Notes under the pieces: generated by a model
Databases searched by the model: none
What the model was told of the DNA's origin: nothing
The model's input: the letters and a program-made list of their open reading frames with translations, nothing else
Assembly: GCA_963790825.1 (NCBI GenBank)
Contig: CAWBPM010000002.1
Location: 686,980 to 750,979, forward strand
DNA: 64,000 bases
DNA from: Candidatus Levyibacteriota bacterium
GTDB taxonomy: Bacteria; Patescibacteriota; Microgenomatia; Levybacterales; UBA12049
Direction of reading: 5' to 3'
Part shown: in pieces, positions 46,417-56,700 of the stretch
Layout of the letters: every line of letters begins with the position of its first letter
How positions within the stretch are numbered: position 1 is the first letter of the stretch
Made by a program: the position numbers and the translations under genes

Positions 46417-49400
46417 CTACGGTGAACCAGTAATGGGGGCGAAGTTTACTGCACCACCACCATTGTAGAGTAGTTTTACTTGTAAGGGGGTCAGGACATA
46501 ATTAAAGATTCGCGCGTCATCAATCTGGCCTGGGAAATTATCAAATGCTGGCCAGCCAGCCACTTGACCTATTTGAAGGTCTACGTTGTTTACTATTGAT
46601 CCACCTGATAAAGCATCTCCCGTGTACCTCTGCTGTTGTAGTACTCCGTCGGTATAAAGTGTAATTCCGGAGGAGAGCCCCGATCCGTTATATGTCGCTA
46701 CTATATGATGCCACTGTCCATCGCTTACAATCTTCATATCTTCCTTACAAGTCTCGTGACTCACATCATGCGTTACACAAAACTCTATATCTCCGAGTCC
46801 GGAATCAGCCATCAGAAAGGCGTATCCTTTTACGGAACCGTCCATTTTATTTACTATATATGTATTTGCACTACTGGAGGTTTTGATCCAAGCGGAAATC
46901 GAGAAGCTGTTAGTATATTCGAAATTAAATAATGGCGATTTTCCTACGTCTACATAATCATCAATCCCATCGAAGTTTAGACTGGAATTAAATTTACCGT
47001 TTCGTCCGTTGTACCATGCAGTCGCTCCACTAGCTATGCAAGTCCCGACTGAATCCTGGTGTCCTGTTCCCCCACCCGTACCGATTGTAATCGTCCCGTC
47101 ATTGCCAAAGCCTGAATTATCATGCGCCACAGTACCCTGGCACTCGTCAAATTTCCACCAACCTACCGGTCCTCCCCGGTTGTAGTCCCAGGCTATTTGA
47201 GCCGGTGTTCTGGCATAGTTATAGAGTTTAACAGAGTCGATAGATCCATTAAAAGCGCCTAATCCATCACCACTATTGCCAATCTTCAAGTTATAACTTG
47301 TATCTGAGTAACGTGTACCTGAACTATCTCCTTGATTACCATATGTAATTTCCCGTCCGTTAACATATATATGTACATTTGATGAGGAACCTGTACCTGC
47401 TGTCCCATTCCAAGTTACTTCAATATATTGCCACTGGTTCAATTTTATAGCATTACTCACACCGTTAACTTCCAAATGATCTGTACCAAAATCTACAGCG
47501 AACATTATCGTGTTCGTATACCCGATACTTGCACCAGTCGCAAGATATAAACCCCATCCTTTATAAGGCAAGGGGCTGCTGTCTACAGTCTGATGTTTAC
47601 CAATAATATAGTTTCCATAAGTAGCATTAACACTTTTGGGATAAATCCACGCACTGGCAGTAATTGCGGGAAGGTTATTGATACTACTTGCATGAGCTAC
47701 ACTTACATTGTCATCCAATCCGTTGAAATTTCCCGCTCCGTTATATTTTCCCGCTACCCAGTGAGCAGAGCCTGTCCCGGTCCACGTTCCGTTATTTCCG
47801 TTTCCGGAGATATCATTTACAATTGAACCGTATCTCTCGTCAAAATTCCATTCCCCTACAGGCGGATTACACATGGAAGAATCTCCGGGGACACAGTAGG
47901 TTCCTGAGGCGGAGAAACCGCTTTGTGAATTGGTATAAAGCGCCTGTATTTCATCTGCAGAAAGAGCCCGGTTATAGATACGTACTTCATCGATGGAACC
48001 GGGGAAATAAGAAGATGCTGTCCAACCGTCAAAACCGATATTGGTCGGCCAGCCGGTGAGATTGACTCCCGATGCACTGGAAATATCTAACGTACCTTTA
48101 GCTACGCCGTCAACATATGATGTGGCTAAACCGCTTCTGTTAAAAGTTACAGCTATATGATGCCATTTATTATCTCGCAGATCGTACCCGCTATCATTTT
48201 TCTCGACAAAGGGGCCGCCACTGGGATAAATTCCATAATCAAGAGCTCCGCCTGAAACCTGAAAACGGAATCTAATAGTTCCTTCGTAACTTATAATACT
48301 TTGATAATTTGCAGCGCTTGCGGTTTTAATCCAAGCTGAAAGCGTAAAGCTATTGGTACCGATAGAAAGACCGTTTGCACTGACATACTGACTCGTTCCG
48401 TTAAAACTCCCTGCATTACCGTATTTTCCCACTACCGGTGAATTACTGCTAAAACTATTTCCTGTTCCGTTAATATTATTCCCGCTGCTGTCTTTTACTT
48501 CCCCTGCCGTTCCATTCCACGAGAGCAGTGGTTCATCCATCTTCCAATACCCCACCAATCCATTGGTTAGAGTACTGGAGTAAGCTCCTAAGACTGTAGC
48601 AGAGTTGTGGTTATAATCCATCTGGATTTCCGAGGAAGTTAAGATATAATTATAGAATTTTAAATCATCTATTGCCCCATAAAAATAACTATCACTCCCA
48701 TTTCGTGAACCTATACTATAATTTGAAGCAACTGTTGTCGTGTCACCACCATCATTTGCCGTTACTTTTAGCTTTCCATCAACATATGCATAGATTTTAT
48801 TACCTGGATCTCGGACACAAGCGACATAATGCCATTTATTGTCACGTAAATCTACTGTATCACGTGCATAATAGTCAGTCGGATTATTGTAATATTCACA
48901 AGATAATAATCCATTATACAGATATGCAGATATAGGTTCTATTGTACTAGAATTCCCTTTATAGAATATTCTTTCATATGTATTGCCGGATACAACTGCT
49001 CGGATCCAAGCTGAAACTGTATACGCATTTGTATTTATTGAGCCTGTACTCGCAAGGCTAATATAATTACTTGAACCATTAAAGTTCACAGCTCTACCAA
49101 ATTTACCGTCGTTTATCCAGGTTGCACCACTTATATTTCCGTTCCATGTGGCGCCTCCGTTTCCTGCATTGTTCGCAGTGGTTCCGTAGCCTTCATCAAA
49201 CTTCCAATACCCAATAGGTCCTGACCTTCCTCCGCCAACTGAAACAGTCGATGCTCCCCCGTTCATATCCTGGATGATTTGTTTTTGCGAGATAGCGTAG
49301 TTATAGATACGGACGTCATCAATTATACCCATCCACCGATAATTATTTTGAATTGACCCAATCTCTAGTGAGTTTGAAGTAGTAGATGTCCCAGTAAGAA

Positions 49401-51693
49401 TTGCTGATCCCGCAAGTATGCCATTTGAATAAACACTAACGGTAGTACCTTTTCTGACCATTGTTAGATATTGCCATTGATTATATAAAGGTCCAGTACC
49501 GGATGCCGGAGTTATGGTTGCGGTACTTAATCCTGCATAAACGTCATATGTATTCCCAGTTGTAAATAGATTGAGACCATATTCACAGTTTGCAGCACCA
49601 TTATCTTTGCAGAAAATTTGCTCTGATACGAATTGTGCAGCATCTGTATTATAAGTCCATGCACTGACAGTAAAATCGCCACCACCAAGTTCTATATTGC
49701 TTTTGTCAGGTATACTTACATAATTATCCGTTCCGTTGAAATTTCCTCCCCAGCCATATTTTCCCTGTTTCCATTGACTTCCCAGAGTTCCCTGCCAAGT
49801 TCCATTATTTCCATAACCTGATTTATCTGTCAAAGTTGAACCCGTTGCATCCTCAAAGTTATAATACGCTACCGGTCCTGGGGCATAGTTATATAAATTT
49901 TGTATGTCCTGCTGTGATAGAATACGATTATAGATACGCACTTCGTCGATTGACCCCTTCCACCACTCATTATAAAGACCGCATAGAGTATAACCTGGCC
50001 CACTACATTGTGCTCCGATAGTATAATTAATAGTTGTGTTGTTTGGAGCACAAGCTGCAGTCATTTTTAACACTCCGTCAACATATACTTCTACGTTTTT
50101 TCCATCATAGGTATTAACCCAGAAATGCCAATTGCCGTCGCTAACTGATGCGCCGGAATCATAATCATTGGTTCCTTGACAGAATGCTCCGGCATCCCCA
50201 CCAACCATTTCCATCTGCCAACCGTGAACCCCGCCGCCATCTTCGGCGCTAAATACCTCCGCTAAAGCTTTTTTTGTAGTTTTTACCCACGCGCTTGAGG
50301 TAAGAACGCTCCCAACATTAAGACTACTGGAATTAGGTATGCCTACAAAGTTATCAACCCCGTCAAATTGTCCGGCATTACCGAATTTCCCCGGACTTCC
50401 CGAATAGGCTTTACTTTTGGTCGGGCCTTGGGCTGTCCCGTTATTGCCATTACCGGATGAATCAATAACTTCATTTAGTGTTCCGCTCCAAGTCGCTTCA
50501 TCCATCTTCCAGTACCCAACGAGTCCGTTATTCAAAGCTGAGAATTGGTTATTGGTCGCAACTCCCATCACTGCACCTGCGCCTTTTGCGCTTCCCCGGG
50601 AATTATAATCGGCCTTCACCTGCGCGTCAGACCGGGCGTAGGGGTAGATCTTCACTTCATCGAGTCTACCATTATAAAGTAGTGACGGCCCTGTTGAACT
50701 GCCAAAATATACCTGATTAAACGTATGTAACGATCCGGATTGCGAAACAGACGTAGCGTTCGGAAGTCCGTTGAGATAAAGACGGACATTCGAACCGTCA
50801 TACGTCACTGATACGAAATACCACTGGTTAGCTGAGATTGTAGAATTTGTAGTAATACCTACTACACTATTACTGGCATTTCTCACATAACAATCAATCT
50901 GATTAGTGGCGTCAAACTGACAATAAACAATACCTTGGGAGCTGCCGCTGTCATAACCTACGACGTGCGCAGTCCAACTGCTCCAGTTAGGCGCGGCTTT
51001 AAACCAGTAGCTCAACGTCACGCCACTAAAAGACGGATAGGAATAAGATGATGCTAGCGCATAACTTGAGCTTCCGTTAAATGACAAACATTTTCCGCTG
51101 ACACACTGGTCCTCTGTCTGCCAGGAAGGAGATGTGGTACCACTCAATGTGCCATCGTTGTGGTTAATTGTATTGTCATGCACCGTTGTACCATACCCTT
51201 CATCAAATTTCCAGTAGGCCACTGGCTGGCCGAATGAACCCATGTAAACGCCTGGATTTGCGAAATTGTACCAACCGACATCTTGTGACCATACATAACC
51301 GGAAAATGCTCCTGATTGTAGGTCAATCCTTACATTACTGTTGTTGTTACTAAAGTATAAATATTCTCCCGAATTCATTATGTATGCCTTTCCGCTCACC
51401 ACTCCGTTACCCAAGTTCAGGGTTACCGGCCCTGATGGATTATCTGTTGAACCGAATGCTACCCAGCCTAAATCTTCTGAAAAAGCATATCCAGAAAAAA
51501 CACCCGTATTAGTGTCAATTGTGACGTTGCTGTTGTAATTGGTGAAGTCCAGATACGCTCCGGTATTAGCAGCAGTCGCCTTACCGGTGACTTTTACAAT
51601 TGAGGCAAAGGCAGGAGAGGCTGATGCAAGGAAAAATCCTCCTGTCAGAAATAGCAAACATAACAAAATAAGCCGTTTAACTTTGACTCCCAT
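46417..51693 (-). CDS. giant secreted protein with multiple LamG-like (Laminin_G_3 / concanavalin-A-like) repeats
   Basis: About 1760 aa; N-terminal signal/TM (LILLCLLFLTGGFFLASASPAFA); at least 8 repeats, each ending in the Laminin_G_3 signature G(S/R)(I/L)DE(V/A)(R/K)IY(N/P)…(L/A)(S/T)..(E/Q)I. The ORF track starts at a TTG at 51729; the ATG at 51693 is more likely. Confidence 0.8.
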   Translation of the reverse strand: MGVKVKRLILLCLLFLTGGFFLASASPAFASIVKVTGKATAANTGAYLDFTNYNSNVTIDTNTGVFSGYAFSEDLGWVAFGSTDNPSGPVTLNLGNGVVSGKAYIMNSGEYLYFSNNNSNVRIDLQSGAFSGYVWSQDVGWYNFANPGVYMGSFGQPVAYWKFDEGYGTTVHDNTINHNDGTLSGTTSPSWQTEDQCVSGKCLSFNGSSSYALASSYSYPSFSGVTLSYWFKAAPNWSSWTAHVVGYDSGSSQGIVYCQFDATNQIDCYVRNASNSVVGITTNSTISANQWYFVSVTYDGSNVRLYLNGLPNATSVSQSGSLHTFNQVYFGSSTGPSLLYNGRLDEVKIYPYARSDAQVKADYNSRGSAKGAGAVMGVATNNQFSALNNGLVGYWKMDEATWSGTLNEVIDSSGNGNNGTAQGPTKSKAYSGSPGKFGNAGQFDGVDNFVGIPNSSSLNVGSVLTSSAWVKTTKKALAEVFSAEDGGGVHGWQMEMVGGDAGAFCQGTNDYDSGASVSDGNWHFWVNTYDGKNVEVYVDGVLKMTAACAPNNTTINYTIGAQCSGPGYTLCGLYNEWWKGSIDEVRIYNRILSQQDIQNLYNYAPGPVAYYNFEDATGSTLTDKSGYGNNGTWQGTLGSQWKQGKYGWGGNFNGTDNYVSIPDKSNIELGGGDFTVSAWTYNTDAAQFVSEQIFCKDNGAANCEYGLNLFTTGNTYDVYAGLSTATITPASGTGPLYNQWQYLTMVRKGTTVSVYSNGILAGSAILTGTSTTSNSLEIGSIQNNYRWMGIIDDVRIYNYAISQKQIIQDMNGGASTVSVGGGRSGPIGYWKFDEGYGTTANNAGNGGATWNGNISGATWINDGKFGRAVNFNGSSNYISLASTGSINTNAYTVSAWIRAVVSGNTYERIFYKGNSSTIEPISAYLYNGLLSCEYYNNPTDYYARDTVDLRDNKWHYVACVRDPGNKIYAYVDGKLKVTANDGGDTTTVASNYSIGSRNGSDSYFYGAIDDLKFYNYILTSSEIQMDYNHNSATVLGAYSSTLTNGLVGYWKMDEPLLSWNGTAGEVKDSSGNNINGTGNSFSSNSPVVGKYGNAGSFNGTSQYVSANGLSIGTNSFTLSAWIKTASAANYQSIISYEGTIRFRFQVSGGALDYGIYPSGGPFVEKNDSGYDLRDNKWHHIAVTFNRSGLATSYVDGVAKGTLDISSASGVNLTGWPTNIGFDGWTASSYFPGSIDEVRIYNRALSADEIQALYTNSQSGFSASGTYCVPGDSSMCNPPVGEWNFDERYGSIVNDISGNGNNGTWTGTGSAHWVAGKYNGAGNFNGLDDNVSVAHASSINNLPAITASAWIYPKSVNATYGNYIIGKHQTVDSSPLPYKGWGLYLATGASIGYTNTIMFAVDFGTDHLEVNGVSNAIKLNQWQYIEVTWNGTAGTGSSSNVHIYVNGREITYGNQGDSSGTRYSDTSYNLKIGNSGDGLGAFNGSIDSVKLYNYARTPAQIAWDYNRGGPVGWWKFDECQGTVAHDNSGFGNDGTITIGTGGGTGHQDSVGTCIASGATAWYNGRNGKFNSSLNFDGIDDYVDVGKSPLFNFEYTNSFSISAWIKTSSSANTYIVNKMDGSVKGYAFLMADSGLGDIEFCVTHDVSHETCKEDMKIVSDGQWHHIVATYNGSGLSSGITLYTDGVLQQQRYTGDALSGGSIVNNVDLQIGQVAGWPAFDNFPGQIDDARIFNYVLTPLQVKLLYNGGGAVNFAPITGSP

Positions 51694-51771
51694 ATTATAA
51701 ATATTATAACTTTTCCTTTTGCTTGACAAGCAAGGGTAAAGAAATTAGTATAAAAGGGAAAGTAAAATAAT

Positions 51772-52650
51772 ATGAAAATGGAAAAAATCAAATCATACTT
51801 CATAAATCACATTATGAAAAAGCTCACATTCAGAAAGATAATACTACTATGTTGTGCACTTTGTCTGGTGATCAGTGGCATATTTTACTTCTATACCCGT
51901 GTTTTCGGGGAACAGTCCGGCTCCTCTCCCGATTCCTTGACTACATCACGTCTGAAGACTGTTTCGAATGCAGTTACTTCTCTGAGTTACGGTGCTACCA
52001 CAGCCGGTACATGGGGAGACTGGGGAAGTATGTGGAACAGAACCTATTCAGCAGCACAGGGACAGTTTAACGACGCAAAAGCTAAAGGTAATATGGAAGC
52101 AGGTAGTGGCACAGGAGGCCTTTCTGGTTTTACTCAAGCATTAGGAGGAGTTGATGATTACAACAATAATGGAGGAATGCCTTCCGATACGTATACCAGC
52201 GGGACTTGGACAGCTTGCAATGCCGGTAATAGTTATTGTAATACAAGTAGAAGCGTAGCGGAAAAACAGGACCCCAATACCGGTCTGGTCTGGTCAGCGC
52301 AAATTTCAGCTTCTGCCACCTGGTTCGTCGCAAATAACTGTGTACCTGGCACATGTACGTCTAACGGACAAGCAGGCTGTGTCTGTACGAAGCAAACCGG
52401 AGGAAGCAAAACAGGTTGTGAGGCATATGATGACGGACTCTGGCGTCTTCCTTCCCAGAAAGAGCTGGAGCAGTCCTATATTGACGGATCCAACAGTAAT
52501 TTAACTAATCCTAATTTCAATTACGTGTCTTCTACTACTGAAAGCACGGGTACACAGTATGCGTGGTACATAAAACAAAGCACTGGCAACGCGGACAACT
52601 ATACAAACGCCACTAAGACATTAACTTTCGCTGCAAGATGCGTACGCTGA
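51772..52650 (+). CDS. DUF1566 (Lcl C-terminal domain)-containing membrane-anchored protein, paralog 1
   Basis: 292 aa; N-terminal TM anchor, conserved GEQSGSSPDS, then the DUF1566 pattern DPNTGLVWS…GCEAYDDGLWRLPSQKELEQSYIDGS…AWYIK…ARCVR (the terminal RCVR is characteristic). Confidence 0.7.
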   Translation: MKMEKIKSYFINHIMKKLTFRKIILLCCALCLVISGIFYFYTRVFGEQSGSSPDSLTTSRLKTVSNAVTSLSYGATTAGTWGDWGSMWNRTYSAAQGQFNDAKAKGNMEAGSGTGGLSGFTQALGGVDDYNNNGGMPSDTYTSGTWTACNAGNSYCNTSRSVAEKQDPNTGLVWSAQISASATWFVANNCVPGTCTSNGQAGCVCTKQTGGSKTGCEAYDDGLWRLPSQKELEQSYIDGSNSNLTNPNFNYVSSTTESTGTQYAWYIKQSTGNADNYTNATKTLTFAARCVR

Positions 52651-52653
52651 GTT

Positions 52654-53508
52654 ATGAAAAAGGTTACAAAATATATTAAAAATAAATTTGTAAGTAAATT
52701 GATAATCCGTAAGGCATTCGTTCTGGGGTGTGTTCTTTTTTTAACCGGAATGTGTATATTTTATTATCCTGCCCGTGTTTTTGCAGAACAATCCGGTTCC
52801 TCTCCTGATTCAGGTGTAAATTCGAGACTTTTAACGATTTATAATGCATTAACTGCCCTAAATTACGGCAGTACCACAGCTGGAACATGGGGAGACTGGG
52901 GAAATATGTGGAACCGTGTCTACTCAGCAGCACAGGGACAGTTTAACGACGCAAAAGCGAAAGGCATGAAATCCGGTAGCGGCACAGGAGGCCTCTCAGC
53001 TTTCACTCAGGTACTAGGAGGAGTTGATGATTATAACAATGGCGGAGGGACGCCTTCTAATTCGTATACCAGCGGAACATGGACAACCTGTAATGCCGGC
53101 AACAGTTATTGCGGAACAGGCAGGAGTGTAGCGGAAAAACAGGATCCAAATACCGGTCTTGTTTGGTCACCGCGACTCAGTGGCCTTACGAACTGGTACA
53201 AGGCAAATAACTGTTCTAATAGCGATGGCAATCCCTGTGTAAAGAGAATGAGCGCCCAAACAGGTTGTGAGGGTTATGATGATCTTAACTGGCGTCTTCC
53301 TTCCCAGAAAGAACTGATGCAATCTTATATTGACGGATCCAACAGTAATTTATCCAATCCTAGTAACAATTACTGGTCGTCTAATACCAGCAGCACAGGT
53401 ACTACGTATGCTTGGTACATAGACCTGAACAACGGCTACGCGGCCAACTACAACACTGCCAATGGTAAAAGTTGGGGTCTCTCCGTCTATGCAAGGTGTG
53501 TACGCTAG
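52654..53508 (+). CDS. DUF1566 (Lcl C-terminal domain)-containing membrane-anchored protein, paralog 2
   Basis: 284 aa; same architecture and roughly 60% identical to the upstream gene (…DPNTGLVWSPRL…GCEGYDDLNWRLPSQKELMQSYIDGS…AWYIDL…ARCVR); 3-nt spacing from paralog 1. Confidence 0.7.
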   Translation: MKKVTKYIKNKFVSKLIIRKAFVLGCVLFLTGMCIFYYPARVFAEQSGSSPDSGVNSRLLTIYNALTALNYGSTTAGTWGDWGNMWNRVYSAAQGQFNDAKAKGMKSGSGTGGLSAFTQVLGGVDDYNNGGGTPSNSYTSGTWTTCNAGNSYCGTGRSVAEKQDPNTGLVWSPRLSGLTNWYKANNCSNSDGNPCVKRMSAQTGCEGYDDLNWRLPSQKELMQSYIDGSNSNLSNPSNNYWSSNTSSTGTTYAWYIDLNNGYAANYNTANGKSWGLSVYARCVR

Positions 53509-53741
53509 ATTTACTCTATAATTATTAAATTTGAATAACTGTTTCAGTTTTATAAATTCTGCCTCTATATTTAGTATATAAGTAGTATTGCTTAGCAAAC
53601 AAGAACTATGAATGATAATTGCTAAATTATTTCATTGTTAAATTGTTTCGCTTTTCTCCATATATATTTTAATAATTCGCCGCTACTTCGTAGCTAGTCC
53701 CCTTGGGAGATAGTAATTTAATAATGAGTGGACTGTCTTCG

Positions 53742-56700
53742 TTAGTTTACGATCCACCAGCTGACTTTAACGTCACTTGCTTGAGACTTACTTAGGGTAA
53801 TTGTGAAGCTAGTTGCGTCATTGGCTTTGCTGCCAACCGGCACAGGCGTATCTGAAGTAGTGAAAATTCGAGATTTCGCTGTCAGAGCAGTAGTCGTTAC
53901 GACCGCTTGTGTCCCCCCTGCTTTAATCACGACATCTCCCAAACTCGCACTTGCGCTGTCGGAATTGTCAATATTTACCTTATGAGCAGTCAGTACTCCT
54001 TGGGTTGTAATGTCTCCGTTGGTCTTGATTACTACGCTATTGTTCTCAAGCTCGATATTGGCAAGACCTTCGGATTGTAACTGTAGGGGTTGAGAAATAG
54101 TATCAATAGTACCGTTTAGTCCGTCAATTGTAGTTACTCCCGCAGTAATAGTTCCTGTTACTCCCAGATCGTTTAGGGTAGTTCTTCCCAGTACTTCCAG
54201 CTGTCCTGATACTGTTGCATCCTGCATATCCAGACTTCCGACGTCTGCGAATGTTCCGCTGCCTGAGGCAATTAAGCTACTTAGGAGTGGACTCTGGAGC
54301 ATTGAGGTTAGGAATGCACTCTGAGAAGCCAGTTGATTCTCCTGATCTGACAGATTATTTACCTGTCCGGAGAGAGAAGTGATCTCGCTTCCTTGTTGAG
54401 ACGTGGTATTCTCCAGATTCGTCAATCTTGCTTCGTCGGTGGCACCGAGCGTCTCCGGTTCCGTTTGACTCGATTGAGCCGGCGGCTCGCTAACTGTAGC
54501 TACATAACCGGAATTACTATTGTTCGCCGTACTTGTATAAACATTACCGCTTGCAGTAATAAAGGTAGACGGAGCAAACAAGGTTGGCCCAACCAAGACT
54601 TCAATCGTCCCCACCCCTGAATCGGAATAACTTTGTAGGGCTTTACCTACGACCTTACCAAATGTCGTTGCCTTTACGCCGACACCCTGAGTATTAGACA
54701 AGGTAATATAATCCCCTGCTTGAATTGGTCCATTGTCTGTAGAAACTAGAGTATTAACTTCTCCCGATAAACCGATAGTGATTGATGCATTTCCTTGGTC
54801 TTGTCCTCCGACGAAACCGGGATATTCTGAAGCCACACCGACAATATCACCGCTTGTATTACTACTCCCGCAAGGATGTACTATTCCGTTTGTATCTTCA
54901 CAAAGTATTGAACCCCACGGAATTGTTTCATTCGGATCCTTAGATAAATATTCTGCCAAGTCCGCAATACCTGATGTTTTCCATGTCACTCCTGTACCAT
55001 TTGCTTGAGCACTACCCCTTAGATTTCCATTTCCATCTAACAGATTAATAAAGTGGTCTTCGCTGTTATTCGTAATAGCTGTATAACCCAGCTGAACCAG
55101 GAGCCCTACAGGACCGCTATTACCTACTCCTGAAGTACTATTTAAATTATATATTCTTGCAGATGCAGTTGCTGACTGATTATCCTGTACATCAAGTGCT
55201 AATCCAGGCGTTGCAGTTCCTATCCCTACTTTGTATGTTGGTTGTACGGTCAATTGTCCCGAGATGGTCGCTGCACCGTTAACACTGAAAGCTTGGGAAT
55301 TAACTATTACGTTTCCGGAGTTATAAGTACCCAGTGTCAGGTCACTTGAAGTATAGAGATCTCCTGCTTGAAGCGTCAAAGCGGACGACGATTTTATAAA
55401 CGATGCTGTAGGATTGGTGAAATCCAAATCATAAGCCATTGTCGTATCTCCGGGGGCGGTAAATTGTACCGGTAGATTACCTAAAATTTGACTCTGTGAA
55501 ACTGAAAAGTCTGTGGAGCCGTTATCCATAATATTAAAGATATTAGCAATTGAACCATTCGCTCCGCTTGCGTTTGCTCCGACATTGAGGTCTAGTACGT
55601 CTCCTGTAGATGTAGTTGCACTTCCGGGGTTATAGCTGAAGTATCCCAGAGCTCCGTTGGTAGTCAACCCGGTTGAGGTAGAACTAATATCCAAACCATA
55701 TCCGGTAGTTAAGGAGTTGGCGTTAAGCATATCGGCAATACCGGTTGAAGCATTGCTGTTCTGGATAATACTTCCGTCATTCTGGATTACAAACCTTGTT
55801 GCACCGCTCACGGAAGCAGTAAAGATATCTCCGTTTCCTGAGTTATCAACCACCAGTGCTGCAGCTGAAGTCTTGCCTGAGATTGAGGCAACAGGAGTAA
55901 TTCCAGATAAAGTTGTATTCCCAACACCACGTACATCAAGAATTGCATTTGGGCTGGAAGAATTAATTCCTATATCACCCGAAGAGTCGATAGCAAATCT
56001 ATTTGCAGCAGCGGTCTGATCAGTAATTGCGAAGGTACCATTGGCTACGTAAGGTCCATCGCCTATCCTCCAAGCTCTTCCGTTAGTGCCTGTATTAGTA
56101 ATCCAAATTTCAGAGCCTGGGGAACTTGTATCACTGCCACTAATTTGCAGCGCTGCACCCGGAATACTCGTCCCAATTCCGACCCATCCGCTGTTATTAA
56201 CTACAAACCTTGTTGCACCGCTTACAGAAGCGGTAAAGAGATCTCCCTTCCCTGAGTTACTAACTACCAGGGCAGAATAGGAAGTATTCGCTGCTATGGA
56301 AGCAACCGGAGAGGTACCGGCAAGAGTTGAACCGTAGACATGGAAGGTAGCGGAGGGAGTTGAAATTCCGCCCAGGAGTAGATCAACCGTCGCATTCTTT
56401 GGAGAAATTGTTCCATTAACTTGATTCCAGAGATTAACTCCGGGAGAAGTATCGCAAGCTCCCCAGGTAGGAGCAGCACTAGTATTGGCAAGCAAGCATT
56501 GTGCAGTTGTTCCCATAGCAAGGGCTCCGCCTAAGACTCCGGTAGACGTGTAGTACGGGAGAGCGTATTGGGCAGCTGCACTATTGTTGAATCCTGTACC
56601 GCCGTACTGACTGGTGATAAGTGTTGCGTTCCAGGTACCAGTGGTGATAGTACCGGTATTGGCAGTAATTGCTAATCCATTAATTGTTCCTAGTCCGGTA